Below are positions 38,023-40,489 of a stretch of 40,489 bases of DNA, piece by piece. A model generated the notes under the pieces. That model searched no databases. It was not told the DNA's origin and saw nothing but the letters and a program-made list of their open reading frames with translations. The position numbers and the translations under genes are program-made. Numbering within the stretch: the stretch's first letter is position 1; the number at the start of each line of letters is the position of its first letter. The stretch comes from a virus: IMG/VR virus record IMGVR_UViG_3300025018_000051, positions 1 to 40,489 of that record; one strand, written 5' to 3'.

Positions 38023-39105
38023 ATGTCGATTCAATGGGCAGATGATTTCAGCCGTTATGGCACAGGTTCAAGCAGTCGTTCAGCTATGCTTGACGGGCTT
38101 CCTTACGCCATTCTTGGATCGACCGGCAATGGTGGGGAGGTTGTCGCAGACCCGGATACCAACATCACAGGAAGGGCTTATTATCTCGGAGCCAGCAGCA
38201 ATGATTGGAAGCGAGATTTCAGGGTTGCACTACCTACAGTTATCACAACCAATACGCTTGGTATGGTCTTACGTTTTTATGTGGCGTCACTTCCCGGAGC
38301 CGACAACGCTCGACCCACTCCCTTGCAGTTTCAGAACGGATCAGGGACCATTATCCTGATGGCGCGGATCGAGCAAAACGGTTCGATCACTGTTCATGGT
38401 TTGGTTTCCTCGGTTCTTAGTGAAGTGGCGGATACGGTTAATCCAGCCGTGCAGCCTGCATCATGGAATCACTATGAAATGATTCATAATAATTCCACCG
38501 GAGCGGGCTCACTTTACTTGAACGGGGTGCAAATCCTGACATGGACCGGGGTAGATACCGGAGAGTCGCTGGAACTGGTTAATTCCAGCCGTAGGAATGG
38601 ATCGACGGAAGGTTCGGCAGGCTATATCAAGGATTTTGTGGTATGGGATGGCACCGGAAGCCAGAATAATTCCTTGCTCGGTACTGTGATCGTTCGCAGA
38701 CTGAATCCTAATGCCGACAGCAGTTTGGGCGGCTGGACGCCAAGCACCGGCACGACCGGATTTAATCTTCTGGCAAAAGATGCACCGGACGATGCGAACT
38801 ATATGTCTGCGGATGGTACTCCGCCCGCAGCAATGCTCTATGACCTTGAGAATCTGCCAGCCGATGTAACGAGCGTGAAAGCGCTCCTTTCAGTTGTCAG
38901 GATGCAAAAGGTCGATGGAGGAGATGCCACAGTGCAAGCCGCACTTTCGCCTAACGGCACTAATTTTGACCTGGGAGCAGATCGACCTATCACTAGCGCT
39001 TTCAGCTATTATTTTGACGTGTCCGAACTCGATCCCGCAACGGCAACGGCATGGTCACCTTCTGCGGTTGACAGCGCAGTCTTGAGAATCAACAGGACAA
39101 CTTAA
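38023..39105 (+). CDS. tail/virion structural protein (lectin/LamG-like beta-sandwich composition)
   Basis: 360-aa ORF in the tail gene block. It is Ser/Thr/Gly/Asn-rich and contains WNHYEMIHNNSTGAGSLYLNGVQI, which looks like a ConA-like fold. Not verified. Confidence 0.4.
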   Translation: MSIQWADDFSRYGTGSSSRSAMLDGLPYAILGSTGNGGEVVADPDTNITGRAYYLGASSNDWKRDFRVALPTVITTNTLGMVLRFYVASLPGADNARPTPLQFQNGSGTIILMARIEQNGSITVHGLVSSVLSEVADTVNPAVQPASWNHYEMIHNNSTGAGSLYLNGVQILTWTGVDTGESLELVNSSRRNGSTEGSAGYIKDFVVWDGTGSQNNSLLGTVIVRRLNPNADSSLGGWTPSTGTTGFNLLAKDAPDDANYMSADGTPPAAMLYDLENLPADVTSVKALLSVVRMQKVDGGDATVQAALSPNGTNFDLGADRPITSAFSYYFDVSELDPATATAWSPSAVDSAVLRINRTT

Positions 39106-39107
39106 TT

Positions 39108-39959
39108 ATGGTTGCGTCGGTATCTGTGCAGGTCAGCCAAGCTGACGTTGATGTTGTTTACTCAGCATTTTCGATCGATGCGCAGGTATCGCAAGGGGAT
39201 ACACTTGTAGTTTTCAATATTCCTTCCGAAGAAGTGCAAGTTAGTCAGTCAGATATTAATTTTGTGTCATCATCCTCAAGCGATGTGCAGGTTTCGCAAG
39301 CCGATGTAATCGCAATTCTGAGGGGACGTCCAGACAATTCGACGTTGAGGGTCTGGACGTATTCTCTTGATGGCCACGACTATTACGTGCTCCGACTCGG
39401 AGATAGTCTTACCCTGATCTATGACACCTATTCCGAACAGTGGATGGATTGGCAGAGCGGGGATTTGACCTTTTGGCGGGCCAACTACGGGATTAACTGG
39501 GTTGGCGGCGAAGCCCTTGCAGCGGTCTACAACAGTAATGTTGTCGTTGGTGATGACACTTTCGGCTTGCTCTGGTTTCTTGACCCTCAATTGCCGTATG
39601 ACCAAAACCCAAATGATGAAGCCGAAAATCAGGAAGTATATTTTACCCGCATCACAATGGGGCAGGTTCCGATCAAGGGAAGGCAGGTTCTCCCATGCTA
39701 CGCGACATGGCTTACAACCGATATGGGTAATCCGGCCTACACTGGTGCAGGAGTCACGCTATCGACCAGTGACGATGCGGGGCAAACCTTTGACGATCAC
39801 GGGCTCGTGACAGTTACAGCAGGCGATCACTCTCCACAATTGTCGTGGTATTCTTTGGGTCAGATTGGTGCTCCAGGACGCCTCTTCAAAATCGTTGATG
39901 ATGGTGCAATTGCCCGTATTGACGGGCTTGAAATGAATGATCCTGACGATGACAGGTAA
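39108..39959 (+). CDS. tail/virion structural protein with four N-terminal (V/A)QVSQxD repeats
   Basis: 283 aa. VQVSQADV, AQVSQGDT, VQVSQSDI and VQVSQADV occur within the first ~70 residues, followed by a Trp/Tyr-rich globular part. Confidence 0.45.
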   Translation: MVASVSVQVSQADVDVVYSAFSIDAQVSQGDTLVVFNIPSEEVQVSQSDINFVSSSSSDVQVSQADVIAILRGRPDNSTLRVWTYSLDGHDYYVLRLGDSLTLIYDTYSEQWMDWQSGDLTFWRANYGINWVGGEALAAVYNSNVVVGDDTFGLLWFLDPQLPYDQNPNDEAENQEVYFTRITMGQVPIKGRQVLPCYATWLTTDMGNPAYTGAGVTLSTSDDAGQTFDDHGLVTVTAGDHSPQLSWYSLGQIGAPGRLFKIVDDGAIARIDGLEMNDPDDDR

Positions 39960-40489
39960 TTTGCAACCTCTCTATAAGGACAACGCGATTGTTGATCCTG
40001 CAACGGGCAAACCCAACGATTATTTCATTCGGTGGGCACAGCAACGCCAGATTGATATTACTGACGCAATCACGGCTGCGCAGGCGCTTGAAATCGTAGA
40101 ACAGTTTCTCGCCGATCACCCTTTGATTGCAGGGTCAGGAATTGGGTTGTCTCCGAGCGGTGATATTGGGCAGGACGTAACAATATCTGCACAGGTGCAA
40201 GCAGTCCTCAATCAGATTTCAAACACTCACGGCACCGTGCTTTTCCGTGGTGCGACCGATTGGCAGGCCCTTGCTCCTGGCACGAGTGGACAGTTTTTCA
40301 AGACTAACGGGGCTGCGGCTGATCCTGAATGGGCCGCAGCAGGAGGTGGGGGCGCAGGCGCACTATCCTTAATCAGCACAGTGACCACATCAGCTTCACA
40401 GGCAACAGTTACGTTTTCCAGTATTCCGGGAACATTCAAAGATTTGATATTGGTTGTGAACGCGAGAGGAACCGCATCTACGACAGCGG
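39949..40489 (+). CDS. tail fibre protein, N-terminal part (continues at 1..441)
   Basis: ATG39949 overlaps the upstream stop (ATGACAGGTAA). The ORF is open to the window end and is absent from the track because there is no stop. MTGNLQPLYKDNAIVDPATGKPNDYFIRWAQQ... and FRGATDWQALAPGTSGQFFKTNGAAADPEWA are typical of short phage tail fibres (from memory). Confidence 0.6.
   Translation, partial: MTGNLQPLYKDNAIVDPATGKPNDYFIRWAQQRQIDITDAITAAQALEIVEQFLADHPLIAGSGIGLSPSGDIGQDVTISAQVQAVLNQISNTHGTVLFRGATDWQALAPGTSGQFFKTNGAAADPEWAAAGGGGAGALSLISTVTTSASQATVTFSSIPGTFKDLILVVNARGTASTTA
40420..40489. repeat. terminal overlap, exact copy of 1..70
   Basis: See 1..70. Confidence 0.95.

Overview
This window is a complete, circularly closed tailed-phage genome of about 40.4 kb, not a chromosomal segment. 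It looks podovirus-like, with P22-type coat, portal and adaptor genes. Nt 40420-40489 repeat nt 1-70 exactly, giving a 40,419-bp unit. The tail-fibre ORF that starts at 39949 runs in phase through the junction to 441.

A non-coding control region of about 0.8 kb (26323-27121) separates two divergent, tightly packed transcription units.

- Minus strand (26322 down to 8059): about a dozen small early genes, including two MerR-like HTH proteins, a protein made of 30 uninterrupted hexapeptide repeats, and acidic proteins. These are followed by a replication/recombination module: Prim-Pol primase fused to a RepA/DnaB-like ATPase, a MerR-like regulator, a C5-cytosine DNA methyltransferase, an SNF2 helicase, a DUF2800-type PD-(D/E)XK nuclease, a DUF2815-type SSB, a family-A DNA polymerase and a RuvC-like resolvase.
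- Plus strand (27122 through the junction to 8077): small genes including a winged-helix protein, large terminase, portal, scaffold, P22-like coat, adaptor/tail proteins, tail fibre and ejection-type proteins. These are followed by a pinholin-like protein, a SAR-type GH108 endolysin and overlapping i/o-spanins.

I found no RNA polymerase, integrase, tRNA or CRISPR array.

Main items for a second look:
1. The DNA polymerase has a class-1 intein in motif B. Its HNH homing endonuclease is encoded in the -1 frame, overprinted on an open but motif-less intein linker.
2. The methyltransferase locus is open in two same-strand frames for about 1 kb. Catalytic motifs I-VIII and X lie in one frame. The GWPT-repeat region and a motif-IX-like segment lie in the +1 frame.
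3. The SNF2 P-loop is split by a LAGLIDADG intein with class-3 (Trp-Cys-Thr, no Cys1) hallmarks.
4. Eleven unrelated proteins end in -DL, seven of them in -(E/G)YDL. Three of these use an identical 16-nt SD/GTGA junction cassette.
5. A 17-nt motif occurs four times around the divergent promoters, and a promoter-leader-terminator arrangement precedes the late operon.

All family names are recalled from memory. No database search was possible.
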